Shown: piece after piece, positions 42,320-54,841 of the stretch
Layout of the letters: the number at the start of each line of letters is the position of its first letter
Numbering within the stretch: position 1 is the first letter of the stretch
Source: Nitrospirales bacterium
GTDB taxonomy: Bacteria > Nitrospirota > Nitrospiria > Nitrospirales > UBA8639
Assembly: GCA_965203295.1 (NCBI GenBank)
Contig: CBDBCZ010000014.1
Span: forward strand, 1 to 64,000
Reading direction: 5' to 3'
Length of the DNA: 64,000 nt
Position numbers and translations under genes: made by a program
The notes under the pieces: generated by a model
Seen by the model: only the letters and a program-made list of their open reading frames with translations
Told to the model about the DNA's origin: nothing
Databases searched by the model: none

Positions 42320-45300
42320 CTATGTATAGTTCTCGGAACTTAACGAAGGAGTATCCACCACGGTCTGTGTTGGGGCAGACGCCAGAATGAACACATTGTC
42401 TGGTGGGTCCTCGGGCCCTGAATGAGCATCAGTCAGATCTGTTGCCATGCATGGTTCTCGTAACGCACGAATATCCACCACCGTCTGCGTTGGGGCAGAC
42501 CCTGACATGAACACGCGATCTGGTGGGTCCTCGGGCCCTGAATCCATATCAGTCAGGGGGACTCTGACGTAATCATGCCTCAAGCGCGATCTCTTCCACA
42601 GTCTGGTGCCTTTGATTTGCTGAACAGAGTGGTAGACAACAATTCCAATGAATGTTGCGAAGGCCATACCAACAGAAGTGAATGTAACAGCATTCTGATT
42701 TCCTCCAGTGGAACGGATATAAAAGGAGGACAGAGAGAAGATGTTTAGGTTGAGGATGAATGACGTTTCAAGGAGGCCAAGGCTCCAGGTCTTGTAGATT
42801 CTAAACCCAAGTATGATAGGAAGTATGGCAGCAGTAATACAAGCAATTGCCAGTAGGTTGACACTGGGGTCTCCAAGAACATTGACTGCAGAGATGAGAA
42901 AAAGAACCAATCGAAGTAGTAGCATCAGTCCAGTCCAGTAGCGGTGTTTCTCAGTGTAGGGTGCATGGTATGCATCCAGGAAGGATTTAACATATCGGTT
43001 GTTGATGCATGAGAAGATAGTTAACTGTGACTTGGTCTGGAACCACTGTCCAAACATTAGCAGGGTTGTGTAAGGAAGAAACAGGAAAATCAGACAAACC
43101 ATTGCAGCTGTGAACAGAGGGATGTGCTTGCCACTGAAGTATCTAATGTTTCCATTATACAGCCACACAGCAATTTGTGAATTGTTGGGGTATTCCAGGT
43201 ATGTGAGTGAAAGTGCAGCAATAACTGTGCGAAGCAGTTTGGCATACGACAGCAGGAAGAGTGTGGCCAGGACTGCAATGGGGTTACTTCCAAATACTTT
43301 TGCCACTCTTCCTGAGTAGTAGCTACTGAGGATTATCGTACCTATCAGAGCCCATACATATAAGGGAAATACAAATTGCAGCCATGTTTTCACATAGGCA
43401 TCCATTTCATTGTAGAAACAAGTTTCAATACCCAGGTCTAGGTTGAGCCAGGCTATGAACACTGTCAGGACATTAGTGGCTTGAGGTGGAAGAAATACTT
43501 TGGAATTCACTGCTATAATGTTGGCGTAGAAGATTAGTCCATTCACTGTTCCCACAGCAACCGTCAGCCTCAGGACCAGAAGAAACAGAACTAGTGCAAT
43601 ACCAGCAAAAGCAAATGCAGCTAGGAGTGAGAGGTATGTGTTAGAACACTGCAAACAGCGGGAGCTACCCAATACAAGGCTCAGGTTCTCACTGCATCTT
43701 CCACACAGTAAGCCACGTCTGTTGTAGTTACACTGTTTATCACTGTCGTCAACTGCCAAATATGTTTCTTTTGTTGTACAATAATCAAACGGGCAGTGAG
43801 GATGAGTAATCAAACCTCTGGACTCACTGTCGTTGTCATTACCATAGCCTACCCAGAACTCATCATTCTGTTGCCGCAGCACTGTTGCGCTGTCCACTAG
43901 GCATGTGTTTGTATATTGTTGAAGTCTTTCTGCACAGATGCAAGATGGTTCATTCATTGCCAACTGAAATCCATGAGGACAGTGTTGAATATCCACAGTG
44001 ACTGTAAGAGTGTTAGTCGGAGTGGGTGAGCAAGGTCCTTCAGCATACAGAGCCATGTTCTGGACGGTACCCACAGCACGTGAATGTATGGTGTACTTCA
44101 GGGCACTACACTTATTATTAATATTCTGAGAGTCTTCAAAGTTTCCATGACTGATGTTGTTAGGCATAGCAATAAGTTGAATTATCGCCGCTGTTGTTCC
44201 GTACCTTTGTCCTTGTGCAATGACTGGAACCTCCACGGTTCCCCCTGGATACACAGGCCCTGCATCATAAGAACCAGTACAGTCAACTAGATTGCCTCGA
44301 CAGGTACAGATGTGCAGTGGGTCGGAAGAAATAATCAGTTCGTTTCCGCTACTAGAACTAGATATGACATCAAACAGGTATCCGCTGACGGAGGGACCTG
44401 AGTAAAATTCCCATATCTCTATATTGCTGAGTGAACAGTAGTCGACCGAGCCACCATACAAGTCAGCACCTGCTTCTACAGCACTGTTGTTGTCAAAAAA
44501 TATTGTGTGGTTGATATTGAGGGCCTCCATAAATTCTATAAGATCCTTATAATAAGCAATATCTCCATGCCTTTGGGATTGGCTTTGGAAGAAACAGTCA
44601 CTACTGCCCATACGATTATTAACTAGTGTAGGAATGCAGTATGTTAGTCTGTTGCTTTCTTCCACTTTAATCGCACCTCCAGTTTTCTTTGCATGATTGC
44701 TGGTGAGGTGTACAGTCATATCCGGATGCAGTAAGAGTTTAGAATCAACAGAAAGCAGTAGTCCTCCGCCATTAAAAGCTACATTGTTTCTAATTGTAGT
44801 ATTTCCAGTAAAAGAAAAATTACCTTCTGATGCATAAATCCCTCCTCCTCCATCCTTCGCGGAATTGTTAGTGAAGTTTGCATTAATATGAACTTTTGAA
44901 GCATATGCGTACAGTCCTCCACCAAAGTTGGCTGTGTTGTTGTCAATGATGGTTCTTTCTAACAATTCTAGTTTACTGTCCAATGCAGCAATACCTCCAC
45001 CATATTGAGCTCTGCTATTTTCAATCACAACAGTAGACATTTTCACTTTGCTGTTGTCCGCTGCAAGAATCGCACCACCCAATTTTCCATAGCTGTCAGT
45101 GAAATAATCATCATTTAAAGTTACACTGTATTTTAAGCCTACGTACAAAGAACCCCCCAAAGTAGCAGAGTTGCTCTGGAATATATTCCTAGTGAGGTTA
45201 ATTGTGTTGTTATAATGTACAAAAAGTCCTCCTCCTTCAGTCTCAGCAGAGTTGCGCTTGAAAATATTTCTAGTGAGGTTGAGGGTGCTGCTTTGTACAT

Positions 45301-46150
45301 AAACTGCTCCTCCTCCTCGGTGTTTAGCAGAGTTGTCCTGGAATGTGTTCTCAGTGAGGTAGAGGGTGCTGTCAAATGCACAAAGCCCTCCTCCGACCCA
45401 CTCAGCAGAGTTGTTCAGGAATGTGTTCCCAGTGAGGTTGAGGTTGCCTTTTTGTACATACATTGCTCCCCCTCTTCCTTCCCAAGGTTTAGCAGAGTTG
45501 TTCTGGAATGTGTTCCCAGTGAGGTTGAGGGTGCTATTGTACACATAAAGTGCTCCTCCTAGGCCTGACCAACCTTCATCAGAGTTGTTTTGGAATATGT
45601 TTCCAGTAATGGTGATAGCGCTATGCTTTACAACAAGTACTGCTCCAGTAATAATATTAGTATAATCGTTTGTTACAGAGTTGATGTGATTCTCGAAGGT
45701 ACAGTTTGATATATAAGACTGCTGCAGTAATATTGCACTTACAAGTCCACTTACATTGTGCCAGCTTGAGATGAAGGCTAGATCTGTGATGTGTAGTCCA
45801 GTGATGTCTGTAAACATAAACCCAGCCGAGCTTGAGGTGCATAAAATCCTACTGGTGAGCTCTGGGAAAGAAGATGAATTTCCACGAAGGGTAAACCTTG
45901 TTAGGTTTGTCACAGACATGGTCTGTTCCAGAGTGTGATTACCAGGAAGGAACTTCATTGTGGTGTTGCTTTGAAAGTGCCAGTCAACAGCATACTCAGA
46001 GAGGGTGTGGCAGGGCTCTTCAGGACATGGTGTGTCAGGTGTGGGTGTGACGTAGTAGGTACTCTGAGCAGAGCAGGAGGTGAGCAGCACGAGGAGCAGT
46101 AGAGATTTTTGCATTGACAGCAGTAGTGCTGTGGAGACCACGTGCTCCAT
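42320..46150 (-). CDS. Intronless receptor-like protein B (1276 aa), 6 regular beta-helix coils
   Basis: Signal peptide, NLTxNxFxxNSA..GG repeats, Cys-rich stalk and ~9 TM; close paralog of 54842-59077. Confidence 0.93.
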   Translation of the reverse strand: MEHVVSTALLLSMQKSLLLLVLLTSCSAQSTYYVTPTPDTPCPEEPCHTLSEYAVDWHFQSNTTMKFLPGNHTLEQTMSVTNLTRFTLRGNSSSFPELTSRILCTSSSAGFMFTDITGLHITDLAFISSWHNVSGLVSAILLQQSYISNCTFENHINSVTNDYTNIITGAVLVVKHSAITITGNIFQNNSDEGWSGLGGALYVYNSTLNLTGNTFQNNSAKPWEGRGGAMYVQKGNLNLTGNTFLNNSAEWVGGGLCAFDSTLYLTENTFQDNSAKHRGGGAVYVQSSTLNLTRNIFKRNSAETEGGGLFVHYNNTINLTRNIFQSNSATLGGSLYVGLKYSVTLNDDYFTDSYGKLGGAILAADNSKVKMSTVVIENSRAQYGGGIAALDSKLELLERTIIDNNTANFGGGLYAYASKVHINANFTNNSAKDGGGGIYASEGNFSFTGNTTIRNNVAFNGGGLLLSVDSKLLLHPDMTVHLTSNHAKKTGGAIKVEESNRLTYCIPTLVNNRMGSSDCFFQSQSQRHGDIAYYKDLIEFMEALNINHTIFFDNNSAVEAGADLYGGSVDYCSLSNIEIWEFYSGPSVSGYLFDVISSSSSGNELIISSDPLHICTCRGNLVDCTGSYDAGPVYPGGTVEVPVIAQGQRYGTTAAIIQLIAMPNNISHGNFEDSQNINNKCSALKYTIHSRAVGTVQNMALYAEGPCSPTPTNTLTVTVDIQHCPHGFQLAMNEPSCICAERLQQYTNTCLVDSATVLRQQNDEFWVGYGNDNDSESRGLITHPHCPFDYCTTKETYLAVDDSDKQCNYNRRGLLCGRCSENLSLVLGSSRCLQCSNTYLSLLAAFAFAGIALVLFLLVLRLTVAVGTVNGLIFYANIIAVNSKVFLPPQATNVLTVFIAWLNLDLGIETCFYNEMDAYVKTWLQFVFPLYVWALIGTIILSSYYSGRVAKVFGSNPIAVLATLFLLSYAKLLRTVIAALSLTYLEYPNNSQIAVWLYNGNIRYFSGKHIPLFTAAMVCLIFLFLPYTTLLMFGQWFQTKSQLTIFSCINNRYVKSFLDAYHAPYTEKHRYWTGLMLLLRLVLFLISAVNVLGDPSVNLLAIACITAAILPIILGFRIYKTWSLGLLETSFILNLNIFSLSSFYIRSTGGNQNAVTFTSVGMAFATFIGIVVYHSVQQIKGTRLWKRSRLRHDYVRVPLTDMDSGPEDPPDRVFMSGSAPTQTVVDIRALREPCMATDLTDAHSGPEDPPDNVFILASAPTQTVVDTPSLSSENYT

Positions 46151-46880
46151 GAACGTGGCTTCAGTGCATAAATAAATTCCTGTGTGAATAGTAAAATAAA
46201 TATAGCTTAATTCTTCTGATCATGAGTGTCATCAAGCATCTATGGTAAAAAAAAAATTGGGTCGTTGAAAAGTGTGAACACTGGGACAATGCACACTTGG
46301 GATGCAGTGAACTGTACAGCTGCACGGGAAGACTGTTGACACTGGGAAATCAGGGGCTGCTAAGGAGAGAAAGGTCATCTTGAACTAAGTAACAAACTAT
46401 GCCTGAGCTAAAGCCCTGAGCCATTAAGAGTTGCTAAATAATTATATAGCCTCTCTTCGTATTATGCAGACACACACAGATACATCTTTTCCCTGTAACC
46501 TTTTACACTAGCTACTCTCAATCTGTCTCCATGATGTCCAGAGTGTGCAGAATCCCAGTGTCCACTCTTGTACGTAAGTCAACCAAAATTGTTTAGCATG
46601 CTTGGTTCCATGTGAAATGTAGCCACATTAAGTAGCCTTGACCCCATGCAGCTTAAATCTTCTTTCAGGCCATATTGGAAAGGGAAATGTACATCACGGA
46701 TGTTCGACCCTTAATTAACATTTTACATGCGATGTGCCACTATAATTAGCACTATTGGCTTTGTAAGGCTTACATCTAGCTATTATGTTTTGATAAGCTC
46801 TGATTTTGAGTGCTGATAGTCAGCAGGGAAGTTGCCTAGCCTCATACTCAGCCGACACCTACCGAAAAATATGTAGTGGC

Positions 46881-47355
46881 TAGGCCTTGACAAAATTTGT
46901 TAGTAGAATTTTGAGCAAAATAGGCAACCAAAAGAAAATAAGCAATTCTGCAAGCAAAAATTAATGGGCTATCAATTTTACACATCAAAGCAAATGGGCT
47001 GAAGGATGTGTGAATACTTCTACTGAGCAATAATAATAAACTTCCTGCACTTCCAGAGTGCAGCTAAATACACTACTGCGCAATAAAAAGTTAACGTACT
47101 GTTCGTACTATGCCATGAGCACACCAGAAGCGCTTAGTGTGGGTCATACTGTTATTGTTTTCCCCTACCACTTGATGCTCTTTGTGTTTAACATTCATTG
47201 TTTTCTTTGACTGATATATTTTTGGCAACTTTATAGTAATGCTGAATTTTTATACTAAAGTAAGAAGCAAAATGGGTACAATAAAAAGCAAAATGGGTAC
47301 AAATATTGAGCATAAAATAAATTTAGGCAGAAAAAGCAAATTTTGTCAAGGACTA
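46881..47355. mobile_element. hAT-type MITE
   Basis: TIR taggccttgacaaaatttg / caaattttgtcaaggacta; perfect 8-bp TSD gtagtggc (46873-80, 47356-63). Confidence 0.9.
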
Positions 47356-47677
47356 GTAGTGGCCTTGTTCCCCTCCAAACCACAAGACTGTAGTCATGGC
47401 TATAGCTAGCAGCTGCGGATCAAGGCATGGGCCAAGAACAGCATGAAAACGCTATACCACTGTCATTTCTCGCTGCTTGTGTGGTTGCCTAAGTTCATCA
47501 ATTGGTATAGGTGACTGTCAAGGATTCCGCACCTAAAGACTCTCGCAATTGTGGAAGTGTGAACGATAAATCTCGGAGACGCATAAAACACCAGTCATTT
47601 GGAATACTCAACCAATGTCAGATACAACTCCTTGAATACTAAGAAATCAAAACCAATAAACCTGCAGAACATCCTCT

Positions 47678-48065
47678 CCGTATAGCGCTTAAATTTCGCG
47701 GGTCTTTAATTTCACGAATTTCGCGAATTTGGAACGAAAATTTTTACACTTCCGCTTTACAACCATCGCATAGCTAGTGAGTGCATAGACCTACTATCTA
47801 TGCTTCAAGAGCGTAGATGTCCAGGAGCGCTTTCCAAAACAAGCGTGATTTCTACGGCAAACAGCGAAGTCGCTGTACTTCGGCGCGAAGGTCAGCAGCA
47901 GAACATGGAGTGACTGTGCTAGTCACGCTCCGCCCATAAACGTTAAACTCAATAGTACGTGGGTGTGGCGTATTTGAACAACGAATTCGCGAAATTATTT
48001 CAACGAAACGCTCAAAAACGGCTATTCGCGAATTTTTAGACCCGCCAAATTTAAGCGCTATACGG
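47678..48065. mobile_element. MITE with CCGTATAGCG termini (Tc1/pogo-type)
   Basis: TIR ccgtatagcgcttaaattt.gcgggtct / agacccgccaaatttaagcgctatacgg; TA present on the right side only. Confidence 0.82.
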
Positions 48066-49650
48066 TAACTACAGGGTATAACAAGGAAACATGTGGCATA
48101 AATTTTACCTATTCATCCAAAAGAAATGACCTAAAGAGATGTTAGTATAACATGACCACCAATACAACAAAACGGAAATTAAAAGCAATAACCTTAGTGA
48201 CTCCACAAATTACCAAATAAGGTTGAAATAGTCCAGTATACAGTGAGGTAATCCCTCACAGTGTCAACCTTCCCACTTTTGCTCTCTTGTCCCGCTGTCC
48301 GTCTTGCTCACAATAAGTCCCAACTTTTTACTAGCAGTAGAGTGGCTACAGGAAGAGTACTGCGGTTTGAAATGTTCACTAAATTGGTCTTAAAATTAAT
48401 TAATCGCGGTACGCTGGGGTCAGAGGTCAGGTCACATGCTGTTGCAAGAATCATCAGACAATGAAGCGAAACGAGCGTAAATTTTGGTAAGTTGAGGCAT
48501 AAATGATTATAGGGAGCTATTGTTAAGGGGGGCTGGCGGCTTGTGCAAGACTTTGGTAATCGTGTCCCGCGGTGACAAAGTATTGCCGCTTTTACTGCAG
48601 AATATAATTATTTACCTATGACTCTTGCACTATACTAGCGTCCCGCCCTTCACGTATTGACTACGCAGTCTCATGTTGAGAGCGGCTTCCAGACTGTTTA
48701 ATTAACAAAGGAAGAAAAAAATTCCGCGCGCGCGGCCTCTATATTGTAGGCCGAACCGCTCTGATGCTGCTTCCGCCGCCCGTGTCAGCTCCGAGCCGTA
48801 CAAAGGTACGTACAACCATACCAACAATTAATACGAGAATCATTGCACATTACATGCATGCTGCTAGTAACTCTTAGCATACCACATCATGGCTCACACT
48901 GCAAAATGAAGCGATGTTTACCGTTATGTGTCATTAGTTTGCTTCAGTCGAGGCCACATGTACCCCTGACACACAAAAAAAACATACCTCGATTCTTCTT
49001 CAGAGTCTCTGTTTAGAAAGTGTAGAAAGATATTTTTCCTCCTCAAACTTCACCAAATTTACACAACTTCAAGTGAGCTGTTCAGCCTCAGTGCTGCATT
49101 ATTATATCTACGTCCTTCCGCCTGTGTGTAACGGATGTGACGTCACGCGCGCGCTATCACCATCCCACATGTACTTTTCGGCCGCTGGATCGGACAACCA
49201 GTTCCCCCATGATGGCACTTCGAGCGTAATTTATCCCAAAGGTGAGTAGCTGTATAGTCCCTGTAAGTGAAAACCATACTGAGCTATAACTGCAACGTAC
49301 GCTAGAGCCATAGATAACAGAGCATAACCCTTTATGCTATACTACTATCTAGCTATGTCCATATTATCTGTGCTAGAACTATCACGACTATGTGCTGAGT
49401 CAGTGCTGTTTGCTTTCATGTATCATGTACAGTATGGAGCTATAGCTGCAAAGGGCTAGGCTGCAGTCCTAGCATGCCTGTACTTTGTTTTATGTGTTTG
49501 TTGTAAGCTCCTCTGAGTTACTGCCTCCACGTAACTCAGGCCGGGATCTGTCAGCACACTACTACCATTGGCAGATGCTAAATCTTCCGTACAAATTACA
49601 TGACAGATTCTAAATGTGCCATACCAATCACATGCAGATGAAACCTTTAA

Positions 49651-49794
49651 CCCTTTACCAACCATAAGAAACGGCTTAAAGAAGCAGAAAAGCCTATACA
49701 AAGTATTAAAACCCCCATATAAATTCATATGGGCTTATGGGAGCTCATGACGCACAGCTCATGATGCATATATGCGTCATTGGTTGATAAAGAG
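49651..49794. mobile_element. piggyBac-like MITE
   Basis: TTAA on both sides; TIR ccctttaccaacca / tggttgataaagag. Confidence 0.7.
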
Positions 49795-49937
49795 TTAATT
49801 TCCGTACAGAGTAAGCACAGTGAGTGGGACTAACAAGCACTAGTAGTTGCGTGAGGGAAGCAAGCAAGCGTAAGTAGTTTTACTAATAGCACATCATGGA
49901 ACTGTGTATGCAAATTGTCACCATAACTATTGCTGAG

Positions 49938-50314
49938 TAGGGGTGAGCCGATTATGCCGGCATTAAAATAAGCATAATCTGTGCAAAAGCATTGAGCATA
50001 ATGCGAGCATAATAGGAAGGGAAATTACGTCATTTAATTAATGTGTAGCGGAAACTCAGCAGGCTACCACTGTCTTACCGTCACCCTTTGTAGGGGAGTT
50101 GTCCAATAGCAGTGAACATACTAGAAATTATAGAAATACGCAACACCCATGCATACTTGAAGTGGTAAAACAGTCCAGATGGTTGGTTTTCGCTATGAGG
50201 GTCACCATAATTTGAGCATAATAGGAGCATTTGTTGAGCATAATGGGAAGTTTTTTTGGAGCAGTGCAGCATAGCGTAATAGGTATTTTTTTGAGCATAA
50301 AAGGCTCAGCCCTA
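49938..50314. mobile_element. hAT-type MITE
   Basis: TIR taggggtgagcc / ggctcagcccta; perfect 8-bp TSD ttgctgag (49930-37, 50315-22); internal agcataat repeats. Confidence 0.88.
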
Positions 50315-51454
50315 TTGCTGAGATGACTGTCTCTGCACACTTCTCTACTAGTACTTTGTACTTGAAGCCTTACTGATGAACATAAGGCTTCTCAGTTAAG
50401 AAAAGGAAGTTGGTATTCAGAACCTTGAACTTCCTATTTTGAAAATTGGGTATTTCCATTATCCTGCTTGGCAGTTAGCTATAGTCATCATTGATCAGGT
50501 ATTACAGCATGCATGCATGCATTCATCATCTAAAGTGTAATCAATAAAGAGGGCAAGTTGGTTTCTGTGATAGCTAAACATATGTAGCTTGGATGAAAAA
50601 ACAGCTGGTAGCTACAATTTTTTGGTTCATGGGTTATGAATTCTGTTATGTTAGCTAGGTCAGTTCAAAGTAACTGCTAGGGGTATATTTGGGCTCAAAC
50701 CAAGGAATAACTATAGCCAGACTGCCAATTACCAGTTACACCATGTGTTGCTTGCCTGCATCCTGACAACACACTTGGGACAGTAAGAACGTCATCCTTA
50801 TCCTGTGATGTATGCACTGGTCAATACCCAATTGCTCTAGTGGCCAGTGGCCACCCTTGAGCACTCACCTGTAACTAATTAGCTTGCTACCAGGACTCTG
50901 TGTCAGCAGTTTAACTTCATTGGCTTCTTCACACCTTGCTATATAGCACTTTGTTATTTCTCCAACTGCATATACATGTATACTAGTGCGTCATTTCATT
51001 TAACTAGCACACGTTCACTTCTGTAACCTAAGTTTTGAGCTCAGAGGTAGCAAATTAAAAAACAGGAAACTATAGCTACTGTATACTTTTCCTTGTAGTT
51101 ATTATACATGACAACTTTGTTGTTCCTGTAGCAGCAATATGAGGTATATAATCATCCCGGTATCTGCAACTGCATTACATGTAGGGGTATGCATTCTGGT
51201 AATGAGTGCAGTTTTATGTATTTCCAAGGGCCGAAGAATTAAGACCCCTGGAATACACAAAACTACTTGTACCATAGTTGTAAGTCACTTGAAAGGCACC
51301 GCCATAGTGTACAAACCCCATGTACTTAGGCGGTGCCTTTCAAGCCAGGGTACATCTATGTACCCTAGGGTACATGAGGGTTGCTGGGCAACTGTGGCTT
51401 CTCAAAACTGTGAAACAATTAGCGGGCACTATAAAAGCTACTATGGCACAAGTC

Positions 51455-51600
<146 letters not shown>

Positions 51601-53031
51601 ATAACATGTACAAGTAGTTGCGCTCGCTTCGCTCGCGCAACTACTTGTGCTTTTTGAACTCGCTCGCTCTGTCTACGGATAGAAATGAAAGGTGCTACCT
51701 CCATGTTATGTGATTATGGAACATTTAGCATCTGCCAGTGACAGTAGTGCTGCTGACTTAGCCACGTGGAGGCTCCACATTCAGGCCTCAACTTTGTGCT
51801 GAAAATATTATCGACCATCACAGTGGGAAAAGCGCATAGCATGTGTGCACACCATGTTCTTTCAACAGCCAAAGCACTTTGTTGAGCATCTACCATGTGA
51901 CAGTAGACTATAGTGTAGCTAACATGTTCCTTTAAACTGAGCCATAGATTGAGATAATGTACGTATGCCTGAGCCATGTGGAGGCTCTAAGTAGAGACTG
52001 CAAAGAACTACAAAACAAAACAGGACTGAAGCCTAGCTCTTCACAGCCATAGCCTACATGTACAGGCATGCAGGCGAATGGCAGACTCTATTTAATGCAC
52101 ATCGTCGTTGTTTGTCTAGCGTACTAAGCAGATTACTACAGTTGTGCATGCTTACATGACTATCTAGCTACTAACCTTTGTGATAGAGTGCGCTTAAAAG
52201 TGCTCATATGAGGCCGTCATAATAATCTCGTCGGTTATCAGAGCGTCTCATGATCTCAACATGCAGCGGTCGAAGTGCGCGTGTACTGTGTGATGACGTC
52301 ACGACCTTCTCGCGTATTCTCGCGCAATCGAGGTTCATTAGTTGACGCCACATCCGTTACACACACACAGACACACGGACAGAACTAACGTTAAAGTATT
52401 GACGCTCACATGGTTTGTATGCTTAGGGTGTATGGATTTGTAGCTACTCTGACTGTGGTTTTATGTATTCCAGAGCTTCTGGGGGTTGTATCTGACTGTA
52501 GTTTTGTGTATTCCCAGTGGGCAAAAAAGCCCGTGTGGAATACATAAAACTACAGTCAGAGTAAAAATTCCAATACACCCTATAAACCATGACTTGTACA
52601 AAGCCTTTATATGGAATACATAAAACTACAGTCAGAGTACAGATCCCAATACATCCTATAAATCCATTGTATAGGTAACTTGTACATAATACAAAGCTGT
52701 TGTGACAAATACTGTCATCAAAGAAGGCAGTAACTAGATATTCGTTTCGCCAAGCACTAACCCGGGAGATCAATAGTCTACTGCGGAGTGTATGGCAGAT
52801 ATACACTGTGACAAGGCTGCATGATAAAAGCCTGGGTTCAAGGCTATAGCTACCAACACACATAACTTACCTGAATGACAAGTATTGACACACCAAAAAA
52901 CAGGTGTAGCTATATAGTGAGCAAGTAATGGTGATATAAGATTTATTAATCACATGAAGTAGAGACTATATGGTCAGCACAGGAGCAATGTAGAGATCTA
53001 ATTTCATTAACACAAATTTCAGATTGAGAAT

Positions 53032-53130
53032 TAGCCTCGTTCCCAGGCTCTACTTCCCAGCTTTTTTTTTCGAACGTAGTAAAATAAGCGGTGAAAAAAA
53101 GCTGGGAAGTAGAGCCTGGGAACGAGGCTA
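53032..53130. mobile_element. Short TAGCCTCGTTCCCAGGC foldback element
   Basis: ~37-bp perfect TIR. The 9-mer attgagaat occurs at 53023-31 and again at 53135-43, after 4 extra nt. Confidence 0.85.
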
Positions 53131-53175
53131 TATAATTGAGAATCACAATTGGGATGAACTAAACAGAATTTTTTC

Positions 53176-53993
53176 CCGATATGGATGGAAGTCAAACATT
53201 CCTCACTCCTGCAGCTGTGGTGCTCAATTCACCATTGATCATGCCATGGTCTGCCAAGTGGATGGCTTCCCGACCATCCGTCATAATGACATCACAGCCT
53301 CACTTCTTGCTGAGGTCTGCCACAGTCACTTGCCACTGGGCCTGCCCTTCAGCCCCTTAGCTGAGAGAGTATGACTGCTCATTTTGTGAACACAGACGAT
53401 GGGGCCTGTCGTAATATCCATGCAAAGGAACGTGTCGCAAGATACACTTTTCAATGTAAGGGTTTTCTACCCAAATGCGTCCGCTAACCGTTCGACAGAC
53501 ACCTCTTCTGCCTACAGAAGACATGAACAAGCCAGGAGTATGGACAGCATGTGAGGGATGTTGAATGCAGAGTATTCACCCCTCTTAACCCTTTCACTGG
53601 TAGAGACCTGCCTCCATAAGGCCCATCTGAATTTATATGGTGTTTTTATTTTAGGCGTTAATATAAAGTATGTGCTTTCTTTTTGTTTCTTTGGGCAGTA
53701 GCTATAGTGGCCTATACCGGTGAAAGGGCTAATCTTTCAACTACAGGTGGCATGGGAAACTGAGGAGGCAACAAAAACGCTTTGTAGATATGACATCCCA
53801 AAAAAGGCAACAGCCCTGCAGGTACGTAGCTACCCATGCAGTAGTGATGGGATGGCTAAGATGTCAACTCTCGTTTGCTTCACTTAGAGCATCCATCATG
53901 AGCCTTCGAGGTAGTAGAGTCACCTTCCATCGTCCTGCCTGTGGATGTGACATCACCCTGGCAACGTCCGAGGGACAGGTGCCCTCTGTCTGA
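53176..53993 (+). mobile_element. Decayed 3' end of a CRE-like non-LTR retrotransposon (Zn-knuckle plus restriction-like endonuclease region)
   Basis: RYGW..CSCGAQFTIDHAMVC..GFPTIRHN, then frameshifted VRVFYPNA, YRRHEQ, FTPL..STTGGMG and VMGWLRCQLSFASLRASIMSLRGSR. Confidence 0.75.
53589..53728. mobile_element. piggyBac-like MITE nested in the CRE-like remnant
   Basis: ttaa|ccctttcactggta..taccggtgaaaggg|ctaa; it splits the FTPL/STTGGMG motif. Confidence 0.72.
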
Positions 53994-54841
53994 CGTTAAA
54001 ATAAACTCATTACACTGCACGTAATGTCAACATTTTAACTATTAATTAATTAATCTCACTAGCTAGCTACAACTATTTTTGCTTCCTTAAACTTTTGTCC
54101 CTTAAAAATTAAGCTTAATTGCTAGCTAATACGAGTGCAGTTGGCAGCTATATATAATGTAGTCAATTCGATACTATACTGTACGGGTTCCAGTACTGAA
54201 TCGGTCACAGATATTTATGCTTGCTTATCATGGGGGACTAGTTGATTATTGCACGTGACGTTCCTCTGTGCAAGCTGGCAAGCGTGTAAGGAGGAGCTGA
54301 CTGATTCCGCGCCATACTAATACACCCTCGACTGCATGTACTATCCACCATCATAATTAATACAACACCAGGGTAAACTATTTTTCCAAACTCAGAATGT
54401 ATCCGTTTGCATGGCTTATTATGACTGTCAAGATCACGTAGGTATGGCTCACAAATTTATGCAACGTACACCAGAGATATCTAGTATGAGTCATGAAATA
54501 AGTAGTGTGTTCTGTGAGGTATCTGTGGAACGGTACTGTTTAGAAGAGCTTCACTGAGATTAATAATGAAAATGTTCAATGAAGGAGACAAACGCAGTAA
54601 AAATAAAACTAAGTATAGCACAATGTGATAAAATAATTGTATGATCAGCTTGCTTATCATGGTGCATTGTATATAAGCACAAAAACAATAAATGAAGGCT
54701 TGAAGGTTCGTTCTTTAATCATGGATGGCTGGCTATCAACGAAATTAATCTTTATACTTTACTTGAGTTATTAATCTGTGTAGTGTGCTCTTAATTTTTT
54801 GTGATCATCAATTGTATGTATTTGATCCTTCTTATTAATGG

